Notes under the pieces: model-generated
Database searches by the model: none
What the model was told of the DNA's origin: nothing
Seen by the model: only the letters and a program-made list of their open reading frames with translations
Shown here: in pieces, positions 1 to 8,601 of the stretch
Layout of the letters: the number at the start of each line of letters is the position of its first letter
Numbering within the stretch: the first letter of the stretch is position 1
Made by a program: the position numbers and the translations under genes
NCBI RefSeq assembly: GCF_000015025.1
Contig: NC_008578.1
Location: forward strand, 480,001 to 512,000
Reading direction: 5' to 3'
Source: Acidothermus cellulolyticus 11B
GTDB lineage: Bacteria; Actinomycetota; Actinomycetes; Acidothermales; Acidothermaceae
Length of the DNA stretch: 32,000 bases

Positions 1-194
1 CACGGCCGCCACTGCCGGTGCACGACACGGCCGCGCCACTCCGGCTCGACCGCGTGCCGCTCGTACCAGGGCAGTGACGTCACGACGTGGATGTCGTGAC
101 CAAGTCCGCCGATTTCCTCGATGAGCCGGGCGGCGATGATGCCGGTGGGTGCGACGTCCGGCACGAAATGCGGTACGACGGCGAGGATTCTCAT
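1..194 (-). CDS. Glycosyltransferase (GT4-like), N-terminal fragment; the gene continues past the window start
   Basis: My reverse-complement translation from ATG (192-194) gives MRILAVVPHFVPDVAPTGIIAARLIEEIGGLGHDIHVVTSLPWYE..., a typical GT-B/GT4 N-terminus. Its ATG overlaps the TGA of the upstream GT4 gene (ATGA). It is absent from the ORF track because it is cut by the window edge. Confidence 0.6.
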   Translation of the reverse strand, partial: MRILAVVPHFVPDVAPTGIIAARLIEEIGGLGHDIHVVTSLPWYERHAVEPEWRGRVVHRQWRP

Positions 195-1336
195 CTCCGC
201 TCGGCCACCTCCCGGTACACCGCCACCTGCCGGTCGACGCTGCGCGGCGCGGCGAACTCGGCCGCCCGGCGTCGGCCCGCGTCGGCGCAGCGGCACCGTT
301 CGGCGTCGTCGTCTAGCAGTCGCTCCAGAGCGTCCGCCCAGCCGAGGATATCGTCCGGATCGACGAGCAGCCCGGCGTCACCGACCAGCTCCGGCAACGC
401 CGCGGCCCGGGCGGCGGCCACCGGGACGCCGTGCGCCATCGCCTCCAGGACTGGCAAGCCGAAACCCTCGAAACGGGACGGAAAAGCAAGCACAGCCGCC
501 CGCCGGTACAGTTCGACAAGGTGCGGCCGGGGCAGGTGGCCGAAGAATTTCACCTGGTCGTTGAGGCGATGCCGAGCCGCCAGCGCACGGATTTCCGATT
601 CCGTCGACCGCGCCGACCCCCACGCCCCAGCCCCGGCGGCGCCGGTGAAAACGAGCTGCACCGCGCGGCGGTGAGCGAACCGCGCGAAAGCCTCGATGAG
701 CACGCGGTGATTCTTGTGCGGGTAGAACGCGGCCGGATAGAGGATGAACGTCCCGACGTTGCGGAGCAACGCATCGACGGCCTCCCGGTCGGCGTCCGTC
801 GGTTCTGGTGGGGGAAGGAGCAGCGGCGGAATGACGACGACCCGGCCCGCGGCCGGAAATGCGGCCCTGACGTGCCGGCCGGTGAACTCGCTCACCGTGC
901 AGACTACCCGGGCCCGGCGCACCGCCCGGCCTTGCGCGGCCCGCAAATACGCGCGTTTGAGAATTGAGAAATTCCGCGGATACACCAGGTATTGCAAATC
1001 GTGAATGGTCACGACCGCCGGGACGGGCGCGGTCGGCACCAGCCCGCCGAGATGGTGGACGACGTCGAAATCCCCCGACCGGAGGCGGAGAGCGAGCCAG
1101 CTGTGCTCGACCGCGACCCGGCGGACGACGTGTCGGCCGGCGGGCAGCGGCGCGGTGATGCAATGGCGGGCGAATTCCGGGTAGCGGCCGGTGAATTCTG
1201 GCGTGGCAAAAAGCGTGAGCGCCAGGTCGTCGCGGCCGCGGAGGGCGTTGAGCAGGTCGACCGCATACCGTTCGGTGCCGCCGACCACGCCGGGCACGCA
1301 CCAGAGCAAGTTCACCGCGACGCGCAACCGGGTCAT
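191..1336 (-). CDS. Glycosyltransferase family 4 (Glycos_transf_1)
   Basis: 381-aa ORF with the C-terminal GT4 signature FPSRFEGFGLPVLEAMAHGVPV. Both ends show ATGA stop/start overlap with the neighbouring GT genes. Confidence 0.85.
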   Translation of the reverse strand: MTRLRVAVNLLWCVPGVVGGTERYAVDLLNALRGRDDLALTLFATPEFTGRYPEFARHCITAPLPAGRHVVRRVAVEHSWLALRLRSGDFDVVHHLGGLVPTAPVPAVVTIHDLQYLVYPRNFSILKRAYLRAAQGRAVRRARVVCTVSEFTGRHVRAAFPAAGRVVVIPPLLLPPPEPTDADREAVDALLRNVGTFILYPAAFYPHKNHRVLIEAFARFAHRRAVQLVFTGAAGAGAWGSARSTESEIRALAARHRLNDQVKFFGHLPRPHLVELYRRAAVLAFPSRFEGFGLPVLEAMAHGVPVAAARAAALPELVGDAGLLVDPDDILGWADALERLLDDDAERCRCADAGRRRAAEFAAPRSVDRQVAVYREVAERR

Positions 1337-2427
1337 CGGCCGGCCGCTTCCCGGTAGACCTGCACGGTGCGCTCCGCGGCCGTCGTCCAGGAGTACTGGG
1401 CGGCACGGCGCCGCGCTGCGTCCGACAGCTCGTCGTGCCGGTCACCCGCGGCGCTGACCAGCGCGTCCGCCAGCGCATCGACGTCCGTCGGGTCCACGAG
1501 CAGCCCCGCGCCGTCCGCGAATTCCGCCATCGCCGACCCTGCCGACGTCACCACCGGGACGCCGTGCGCCATCGCCTCCAGCACCGGCAGACCAAACCCC
1601 TCCCGCAGGGACGGATAACAGAACACCCGGGCGCCGGCGTACGCGGCATGCAGATCCGCCGCCGGCAGGAATCCCACCATCCGCACCCCGGGTGCCGGGT
1701 CGAGGTGCACCGCGCCCCACCCGGCCGGGCCGGCCAGGACGAGTTCCAGCTCGGGTATGCGCCGGCGGGCCCGCGCGAACGCCTCCAGCAGCCGTGGCAG
1801 GTTCTTGCGCGGCTCCACCGTCCCGCACCAGAGCACGTACGGGCGGGAAAGCCCATACCGGGCAAGGAAATCGCGCACCTTCGCCTCGGGAATTTCCGGG
1901 ACGGACACCCCGTGCGGCACCAGCCGCAGCTGATCCTCGGCGAAACCGGCGTCCACGCACTCGGCCCACGTCGCCCGGGACGGAACCATGACCAGGTCCG
2001 CGGCGGATTTCGCCAACGCCAGGCCGCGCCGGAAAAACCGCAAGCCGCGGCGGGTGACGTACTGCGGATTCTCCCGGAAGACGAGGTCGTGGACGGTCAC
2101 CACCAGCGGCCCGCGTTTCGGCGGAATCGCCAATGTCGTTGCGTGGACGACGTCAACCGGACCGGTCGCAGCCTGCACCGGCGGCCAGCGCAGGTAATGC
2201 CAGGTCTCGTACAGCAGGGCGCGCGGCAGACCCAGTCCGGTAACCGGAACCGGCGGTGTCCACGGCTGCGGAGGCAGGGCGGAGTGCCGCGCCGCCACCC
2301 CGCGCACCTCGACGTCGTCGCGGCGGGACAATTCCGCCGCCAACGCCAGAATGGACGACGCCGTCCCCCCGGGAACCCGATGCCAGCACTGTTCGAGGGT
2401 GAGCGCAACGCGCAACGGAGCTGCCAT
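1333..2427 (-). CDS. Glycosyltransferase family 4 (Glycos_transf_1)
   Basis: 364-aa ORF with YPSLREGFGLPVLEAMAHGVPVV. It starts 6 nt after the gmd stop and overlaps the next GT by ATGA. Confidence 0.85.
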   Translation of the reverse strand: MAAPLRVALTLEQCWHRVPGGTASSILALAAELSRRDDVEVRGVAARHSALPPQPWTPPVPVTGLGLPRALLYETWHYLRWPPVQAATGPVDVVHATTLAIPPKRGPLVVTVHDLVFRENPQYVTRRGLRFFRRGLALAKSAADLVMVPSRATWAECVDAGFAEDQLRLVPHGVSVPEIPEAKVRDFLARYGLSRPYVLWCGTVEPRKNLPRLLEAFARARRRIPELELVLAGPAGWGAVHLDPAPGVRMVGFLPAADLHAAYAGARVFCYPSLREGFGLPVLEAMAHGVPVVTSAGSAMAEFADGAGLLVDPTDVDALADALVSAAGDRHDELSDAARRRAAQYSWTTAAERTVQVYREAAGR

Positions 2428-2433
2428 CAGCGG

Positions 2434-3576
2434 TCAACGGTCGATCCGCACGGTGCGGCCGGCGAGTTCGTCGCCCAACCGGGCGATGTCGGCGTCCACC
2501 ATGATGCGGGCCAATTCCGGCGTCTTGACCCGTGCCTCCCACCCGAGTTCCGCTTTCGCCTTCGAGGCGTCGCCGCACAGATGGTCCACCTCCGCCGGAC
2601 GCCGATACCGCTCGTCGATTTCGACGTACTTCTCCCAATCCAGCCCGGCATGGTCGAACGCCATGGCGACGAAATCCCGCACGGCGTACGACGTGCCGGT
2701 GGCAATGACGTAATCCGCCGGTTCATCGGCCTGCAGCATCAGCCACATCGCCTCGACGTACTCCGGCGCATAGCCCCAATCTCGTCGGGCGTCCAGATTT
2801 CCCAGGTACAGCTTGTCTTGCAGGCCGGCTTGAATGCGGGCCACCGCGCGGGAAACCTTGCGGGTGACGAACGTCTCTCCCCGGCGCGGCGACTCGTGGT
2901 TGAAGAGAATGCCGTTCACCGCGAACAATCCGTACGCCTCCCGGTAATTCACCGTCGCCCAGTACGCGTACACTTTCGCAACCCCGTACGGCGACCGGGG
3001 GTGAAACGGCGTCTTTTCGTTCTGCGGCGGCGGAGCAGATCCGAACATTTCCGAACTGGACGCCTGGTAGAACCGGCAGGAAATTCCGGAGGCACGGATC
3101 GCTTCGAGCAGCCGGATCGTGCCAAGACCGGTGACGTCACCGGTGTACTCCGGCATCGCGAAACTCACCTTGACGTGGCTCTGGGCGCCCAGGTGGTACA
3201 CCTCGTCCGGCTCGATGGTGTGCAGCAGGGTCACCAGGCCGGTGCCGTCGTGCAGGTCGCCGTAGTGCAGCCGCAGCCGGACGTCCGGATCATGCGGGTC
3301 CTGGTAAATGTGGTCGATCCGCTCGGTGTTGAACGTCGACGCCCGGCGGATCAGGCCGTGCACCTCGTAGCCCTTGGCCAGCAGCAGCTCGGCTAGGTAG
3401 GAGCCGTCCTGGCCGGTGATCCCGGTGATGAGGGCGCGCCGGCGCCGCTCGGAACCGGGAGTCGCCGGAGCGCTTGACCCCGGGGTGGCCTGGGCAGCGG
3501 CACCGGCGGCCGGTGCCGCATCGGCTCGCGGACCGGCGGTGGTTGCGGTGGGCTGCGGAGCAGACGGGTCGGCCAC
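2434..3576 (-). CDS. gmd: GDP-mannose 4,6-dehydratase with an Ala/Pro-rich N-terminal extension
   Basis: [19 protein letters not shown] Rossmann motif plus Gmd-like sequence along the whole length ([20 protein letters not shown]). The only in-frame start upstream of the Rossmann motif is GTG at 3574-3576. Confidence 0.9.
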   Translation of the reverse strand: MADPSAPQPTATTAGPRADAAPAAGAAAQATPGSSAPATPGSERRRRALITGITGQDGSYLAELLLAKGYEVHGLIRRASTFNTERIDHIYQDPHDPDVRLRLHYGDLHDGTGLVTLLHTIEPDEVYHLGAQSHVKVSFAMPEYTGDVTGLGTIRLLEAIRASGISCRFYQASSSEMFGSAPPPQNEKTPFHPRSPYGVAKVYAYWATVNYREAYGLFAVNGILFNHESPRRGETFVTRKVSRAVARIQAGLQDKLYLGNLDARRDWGYAPEYVEAMWLMLQADEPADYVIATGTSYAVRDFVAMAFDHAGLDWEKYVEIDERYRRPAEVDHLCGDASKAKAELGWEARVKTPELARIMVDADIARLGDELAGRTVRIDR

Positions 3577-3640
3577 GCCCCAAGGTTAGCCTTGCCGCAT
3601 GACCTCCCCCGCACCTGCAAGGGATCGCCCGGCATCCCCG

Positions 3641-4600
3641 ATGGACCGCACCGCGCCGACCTACATCGCCGGCCACCGGGGTCTCGTCGGCTCGGCGGTC
3701 TGGCGGCACTTCGCGGCGTCCGGATTCACCACGCTGATCGGCCGGACCTCCGCCGAGCTCGACCTGCGGGATCGGGCGGCCACCTTCGCGTTCTTCGAGG
3801 AGGTCCGCCCGCGGTACGTCGTCCTGGCTGCGGCCCGGGTCGGCGGCATCCTCGCCAACGCCACCGAGCCGGTCGAATTTCTCTCCGACAATCTGCGGAT
3901 TCAGGTCAACGTGCTCGACGCCGCCCTCGCGACCGGGGTGGAGCGGTTGCTCTTCCTCGGGTCGAGCTGCATCTACCCCAAGCACGCGCCGCAACCCATT
4001 CCGGAGGAGGCCCTACTCACCGGTCCGCTGGAGCCGACGAACGAGGCCTACGCCATCGCGAAAATCGCCGGTGTGCTCCAGGTGCAAGCCGCGCGGCGGG
4101 AGTACGGCGTCCGATGGATTTCCGCGATGCCGACCAACCTGTATGGCCCCGGTGACAACTTCGACCTCCGCACCGCGCACGTCCTCCCCGCCCTGATCCG
4201 GCGATTCCACGAGGCCGTCCAGAGCGGCGCGGAGGAGGTCGTGCTCTGGGGGACGGGCACGCCCCGGCGCGAATTCCTGCACGTCGACGATCTCGCCCGG
4301 GCGTGCGAACTCCTCCTGGACTGTTACGACGATCCGCTGCCGATCAACGTCGGCGTCGGAGAGGACATCTCGATCGCCGAGCTGGCGGAACTCATCGCGG
4401 AGATCGTCGGTTATTCCGGGAAGATTCGGTTCGATCCGAGCAAACCAGACGGCACGCCGCGTAAGCTCCTCGACGTCCGCCGGATCACCGCGCTAGGTTT
4501 TCGTCCGCGGATCGGACTGGCGGAGGGTATCCGGGCGACCTACGCGTGGTACCGGGAGCAGCTCGGCAACCGGACCGAGTCGCCGCACCAGACCGCGTGA
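3641..4600 (+). CDS. fcl: GDP-L-fucose synthase (GDP-4-keto-6-deoxymannose 3,5-epimerase/4-reductase)
   Basis: MDRTAPTYIAGHRGLVGSAV..., then LGSSCIYPK and NLYGPGDNF motifs. The ORF track starts at 3599, but the second ATG at 3641 gives the usual N-terminal length. Confidence 0.85.
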   Translation: MDRTAPTYIAGHRGLVGSAVWRHFAASGFTTLIGRTSAELDLRDRAATFAFFEEVRPRYVVLAAARVGGILANATEPVEFLSDNLRIQVNVLDAALATGVERLLFLGSSCIYPKHAPQPIPEEALLTGPLEPTNEAYAIAKIAGVLQVQAARREYGVRWISAMPTNLYGPGDNFDLRTAHVLPALIRRFHEAVQSGAEEVVLWGTGTPRREFLHVDDLARACELLLDCYDDPLPINVGVGEDISIAELAELIAEIVGYSGKIRFDPSKPDGTPRKLLDVRRITALGFRPRIGLAEGIRATYAWYREQLGNRTESPHQTA

Positions 4601-4706
4601 TCGGCGGCAGCCGGCGCGGCGGACGGCCCGGTACGTCGTCCACCGACCGGATCGGCGCGGCGGGGGAGCGAGTCACCGGTTCAACCCGGATCAGCAAGGA
4701 GTCACC

Positions 4707-5777
4707 ATCGAGGCGATCATTCTCGTCGGCGGACGCGGTACTCGGCTGCGTCCCCTCACGCTCGGCGTGCCGAAGCCGCTGCTGCCGGTTGCCGGTGTGC
4801 CGTTCCTCGCCCACCTGCTCGCTCGCGTGCGCGATGCGGGAATCGACCACGTGGTGCTCGCCACCTCCTACCGGGCGGCCGCGTTCACCGAGCACTTCGG
4901 GGACGGCGAAGCCTTCGGCCTGGACCTCGAGTACGTCACCGAGGAGGAGCCGCTCGGCACCGGCGGGGGCATCCGCAACGTCGCTGACCGGTTGCGCAGT
5001 GCGGCCGACGAGCCGGTCTTTGTCTTCAACGGCGACATTCTCAGCGGCCACGATCTGAAGGCGCAACTGACCCGGCACGAAGAGCGGCAGGCGGCCGTCA
5101 CCCTGCACCTCGTCCGGGTTCCCGACGCCCGGCCGTTCGGCTGCGTCCCCATCGACGAGCACGGGAATGTGCAAGCCTTCATGGAAAAATGCGCAGAACC
5201 GGTGACGAACATCATCAACGCCGGGTGCTACATCTTCCGCCGCGAGGTCATCGATGCGATCCCGCGCGGCCGGGTGGTCTCCGTCGAACGGGAGGTCTTT
5301 CCCGCCCTGCTCGCCGACGGGTCCACCGTCGTCGGTTATCTCGATGACGCTTACTGGTTGGACGTCGGGACGCCGCACGCCTTCGTCCGTGCGTCCTGCG
5401 ACCTCGTCCGCGGTCTCGTACCGTCGTCCGTGTTGCCCGGACCGACCGGGGAGGCGCTCGTCATGCCGTCCGCCGCGGTCTCGGATGCGGCGGCCATTGC
5501 CGGCGGCACCTTCATCGGCGAGGACGCCCGGGTCGAGGTCAACGCCCTGGTGATCGGCTCGGTGGTCTTCCCGGGCGCGGTGATCGAGGCGGACGCCGTG
5601 GTGCGCGGCAGCATCGTCGGGGCCGGCGCCCGCATCGGCGCCGGCGCGGTGCTGGACGGCGCGGTGATCGGTGAAGGCGCCCATGTCGGGGCGCGGAATG
5701 AATTGATCGGCGGAGCCCGGGTCTGGCCTCAAGTCGTGCTGCCGCCGGTGTCGATCCGGTTCTCCAGCGACGAGTGA
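4707..5777 (+). CDS. manC: Mannose-1-phosphate guanylyltransferase-like nucleotidyltransferase (N-terminal NTP-transferase domain plus C-terminal left-handed beta-helix)
   Basis: The track ORF starts at GTG 4767 (MPKPLLP...). The same open frame upstream encodes EAIILVGGRGTRLRPLTLG, the nucleotide-binding loop. No ATG/GTG/TTG precedes it. AAGGAG (4696-4701) sits 5 nt before ATC 4707. The C-terminus has hexapeptide repeats (GARIGAGAVLDGAVIGEGAHVG). Confidence 0.8.
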   Translation: MEAIILVGGRGTRLRPLTLGVPKPLLPVAGVPFLAHLLARVRDAGIDHVVLATSYRAAAFTEHFGDGEAFGLDLEYVTEEEPLGTGGGIRNVADRLRSAADEPVFVFNGDILSGHDLKAQLTRHEERQAAVTLHLVRVPDARPFGCVPIDEHGNVQAFMEKCAEPVTNIINAGCYIFRREVIDAIPRGRVVSVEREVFPALLADGSTVVGYLDDAYWLDVGTPHAFVRASCDLVRGLVPSSVLPGPTGEALVMPSAAVSDAAAIAGGTFIGEDARVEVNALVIGSVVFPGAVIEADAVVRGSIVGAGARIGAGAVLDGAVIGEGAHVGARNELIGGARVWPQVVLPPVSIRFSSDE

Positions 5778-5816
5778 CCGAGGCTCACCGGGCCTGCGGT
5801 GCGAAGGGTGGCGGCC

Positions 5817-6251
5817 GTGGAGCTCGACGACATCGACCGGCGGATCGTCGCGGCGTTACGGGCTGACGGCCGGGCGACGTACCAGCAGATCGGTGCGCAG
5901 GTGGGTTTGAGCGCGCCGGCGGTGAAACGCCGGGTTGACCGCCTGCGGGCCCGGGGCGCCATTACCGGATTCACCGCCCTTGTCGACCCGGCCGCCCTCG
6001 GCTGGCGGACCGAAGCGTACGTGGAGCTGTTCTGCCAAGGCCGCACCTCTCCCTCCACCATCGCCGCCGCGCTGGCGAAGTACCCCGAAGTGGTGGACGC
6101 CTGCACCGTCTCTGGCGAGGCCGACGCGCTCATTCACGTGATGGCCGAGGACGTCAAGCATTTCGAGCAGGTCCTCGAAAGAATCAACGCCGAGCGGTTC
6201 GTCGTACGCACGAAGAGCGTGCTCGTGTTGTCCCGCCTCCTGCACCGCTGA
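5817..6251 (+). CDS. Lrp/AsnC family transcriptional regulator
   Basis: ELDDIDRRIVAALRADGRATYQQIGAQVGLSAPAVKRRVDRLRARGAI (HTH_AsnC) followed by an AsnC/RAM-type C-terminal domain. The start is GTG 5817 (after AAGGG) or GTG 5799. Confidence 0.85.
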   Translation: MELDDIDRRIVAALRADGRATYQQIGAQVGLSAPAVKRRVDRLRARGAITGFTALVDPAALGWRTEAYVELFCQGRTSPSTIAAALAKYPEVVDACTVSGEADALIHVMAEDVKHFEQVLERINAERFVVRTKSVLVLSRLLHR

Positions 6252-6468
6252 GCCGGAGGGGCGGCTGAGCCGGCCGGGCGGGTGAGCCGGAGGGACCGCC
6301 GGGCCGGTTCGGTCTCGGGCGGGGGTGGCCGGGCCGGTTCGGCGTCTTGATCCGCGCAACAAATCGACGCCTGCTCCTCCTCTTGCGCAACACATCGCTG
6401 GTCGGGCGCAACCAGGTGTCCTTGTTGCCCTGCGGCACCCCCGCGATGGTGAAAGGGAGGAGGTCGTG

Positions 6469-7308
6469 ATGACGCTCACCGCCGTCCGTCCCGAGACCCT
6501 GCAGCGGACGCCGACCAGCCGGCGCTACTTGGTCTGCCCGCCGCGGTACTTTGCCGTCCAGTACACGATCAATCCGTGGATGCATCCGGAGGTGCCTACC
6601 GACACCGACCGGGCGTGCCGGCAGTGGCAGGTGCTCGTCGCGACGTATCGGCGGCTCGGCCACCAGGTCGACGTCATCGAGCCGCTGCCGGATTTGCCCG
6701 ACATGGTCTTTGCCGCCAACGCCGCCGTCACCGTCGCGGGGCGCGCGTACGGCGCGAAATTCCGGTTTCCGCAACGGGCCGCGGAAGCCCCGGCGTACCA
6801 GGCCCGGCTAACCGAGCTGGGTTTTACGGTCATCCCACCGACATACGTGAACGAAGGCGAGGGTGATTTTCTCGTCGTCGGACGCCGGTTTATTCTCGCC
6901 GGCCACGGTTTTCGGACCGACCACCGCGCCCACCGTGAAGCCGAGAACGTGCTTGGGCTTCCGGTCATCAGCCTGGAGTTGGTGGATCCGCGGTATTACC
7001 ATCTGGACACGGCGATTGCCGTGCTCGACGAGACGACGATCGCCTACTATCCGCCCGCGTTGAGCAGGCCGAGCCGGGCTATTCTTGCGGAATTGTTTCC
7101 CGACGCGATTGTGGCCGATGACGCCGATGCCGAGGTTTTCGGCTTGAATGCGGTCAGCGACGGCTACCACGTGGTCCTCCCCGTGCAGGCGCATCGACTG
7201 GCGCGGCAGCTCGCCGCCCGGGGTTTCCAGCCGGTGTCGGTCGACGTGTCGGAATTCCGCAAAGCGGGAGGAGGTCCCAAGTGCTGCACGCTGGAGCTCC
7301 GAGCATGA
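6469..7308 (+). CDS. Amidinotransferase-superfamily protein (dimethylarginine dimethylaminohydrolase-like)
   Basis: RRYLVCPPRYFAVQYTINPWM near the N-terminus and GGGPKCCTLEL (catalytic Cys region) at the C-terminus. ATG 6469 is preceded by GGGAGGAGG. The track's upstream extension from 6325 was trimmed. Confidence 0.8.
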   Translation: MTLTAVRPETLQRTPTSRRYLVCPPRYFAVQYTINPWMHPEVPTDTDRACRQWQVLVATYRRLGHQVDVIEPLPDLPDMVFAANAAVTVAGRAYGAKFRFPQRAAEAPAYQARLTELGFTVIPPTYVNEGEGDFLVVGRRFILAGHGFRTDHRAHREAENVLGLPVISLELVDPRYYHLDTAIAVLDETTIAYYPPALSRPSRAILAELFPDAIVADDADAEVFGLNAVSDGYHVVLPVQAHRLARQLAARGFQPVSVDVSEFRKAGGGPKCCTLELRA

Positions 7309-8552
7309 CATTCCTTACCGGACAGGGAATTTCACCGGCCCCCGACCCGACCCGGGAATACATTGCGCTGGAGAACCACTACGTGGCGCACACGTACCAT
7401 CCTTTGCCGGTTGTGCTCTGCGAAGGCCGCGGCGCGTGGGTGCGGGACGTCGAAGGCCGGGAATACCTTGATTGCCTCGCCGCATATTCCGCATTGAATT
7501 TCGGCCACGGACATCCCGCGCTCATTGCGGCCGCCAAGGAGCAACTCGACCGTCTGACTCTCACCAGCCGGGCGTTCCACCATGACCTGCTCGGTGAATT
7601 CGCCCGCGACCTGGCGCATCTCGTCGGCATGGACGCCGTCCTGCCGATGAACAGCGGAGCCGAGGCGGTCGAGACCGCGCTGAAACTTGCCCGCGCCTGG
7701 GGGTACCGGGTCAAGCACGTGCCGCGCGACCAGGCGGTCATCCTCGTGGCGCATGGCAATTTCCACGGCCGCACGCTGAGCATCATTAGCTTCTCTGACG
7801 ACCCGGTTGCCCGTGACGATTTCGGCCCGTACACCCCCGGATTCCGGTCCGTTCCCTATGGCGACGCCCGCGCCCTCGAAGCGGCCATCGACGCCCATAC
7901 CGTCGCCGTCCTGCTCGAACCTATTCAAGGTGAAGCGGGCGTCATTATTCCGCCGAAGGGATACCTGCAGGCCGTGCGCGAGGTGTGCACCAGGCATCAC
8001 GTGTTGTTCATTGCCGACGAAATCCAATCGGGACTCGGGCGGACCGGACGGACGCTGGCCTGCGACCACGAGAACGTCCGCCCGGACGTCGTCCTGCTCG
8101 GCAAGGCGCTGGGCGGCGGCATCGTTCCGCTCTCCGCCGTCCTGGCCAATTGGGATGTGATGGGCGTGCTCCACCCCGGGGAGCACGGCAGCACCTTCGG
8201 CGGCAATGCGCTGGCATGCGCGGTCGGGCTGGCCGTCGTCCGGTTGCTGGAGACCGGCGAGTATCAGGACCGGGCCACCGTCCTCGGCCGGCGGCTTGCC
8301 CGCGGACTTGCGGCGCTGCCGGGGCTGCGCGCGGTCCGCAGCCGCGGACTGTGGGCCGGCCTGGACGTCGATCCGGCGATCGGCACCGGGCGGCAGCTCT
8401 GCGAAGCGTTGCTCCGCCGGCAGGTACTGGCCAAGGACACCCATGGCGCGACGATCCGGCTCTCGCCGCCGTTGGTCATCGACGCCGCTGACGTGGACTT
8501 TCTCCTCGACGCTTTGCGCGCCGCGCTCACCGACCTCGGGGCTCGGTCGTAG
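7305..8552 (+). CDS. rocD: Ornithine aminotransferase (class III PLP aminotransferase)
   Basis: HTYHPLPVVLCEGRGAWVRDVEGREYLDCLAAYSALNFGHGHP, DEIQSGLGRTG and LLGKALGGG (PLP lysine region). ATG 7305 overlaps the upstream TGA (ATGA). Confidence 0.9.
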   Translation: MTFLTGQGISPAPDPTREYIALENHYVAHTYHPLPVVLCEGRGAWVRDVEGREYLDCLAAYSALNFGHGHPALIAAAKEQLDRLTLTSRAFHHDLLGEFARDLAHLVGMDAVLPMNSGAEAVETALKLARAWGYRVKHVPRDQAVILVAHGNFHGRTLSIISFSDDPVARDDFGPYTPGFRSVPYGDARALEAAIDAHTVAVLLEPIQGEAGVIIPPKGYLQAVREVCTRHHVLFIADEIQSGLGRTGRTLACDHENVRPDVVLLGKALGGGIVPLSAVLANWDVMGVLHPGEHGSTFGGNALACAVGLAVVRLLETGEYQDRATVLGRRLARGLAALPGLRAVRSRGLWAGLDVDPAIGTGRQLCEALLRRQVLAKDTHGATIRLSPPLVIDAADVDFLLDALRAALTDLGARS

Positions 8553-8601
8553 CCCGGCGCGCCGCGCTCACCGACCTCGGGGCTCGGTCTTAGCCCGGCG
8601 C
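8520..8601. repeat. Two tandem copies of a 41-bp unit with one mismatch, at the convergent rocD/cofD junction
   Basis: 8520-8560 reads gccgcgctcaccgacctcggggctcggtcGtagcccggcgc and 8561-8601 is the same with T at 8590. A third partial copy (gccgcg) follows. Confidence 0.95.
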
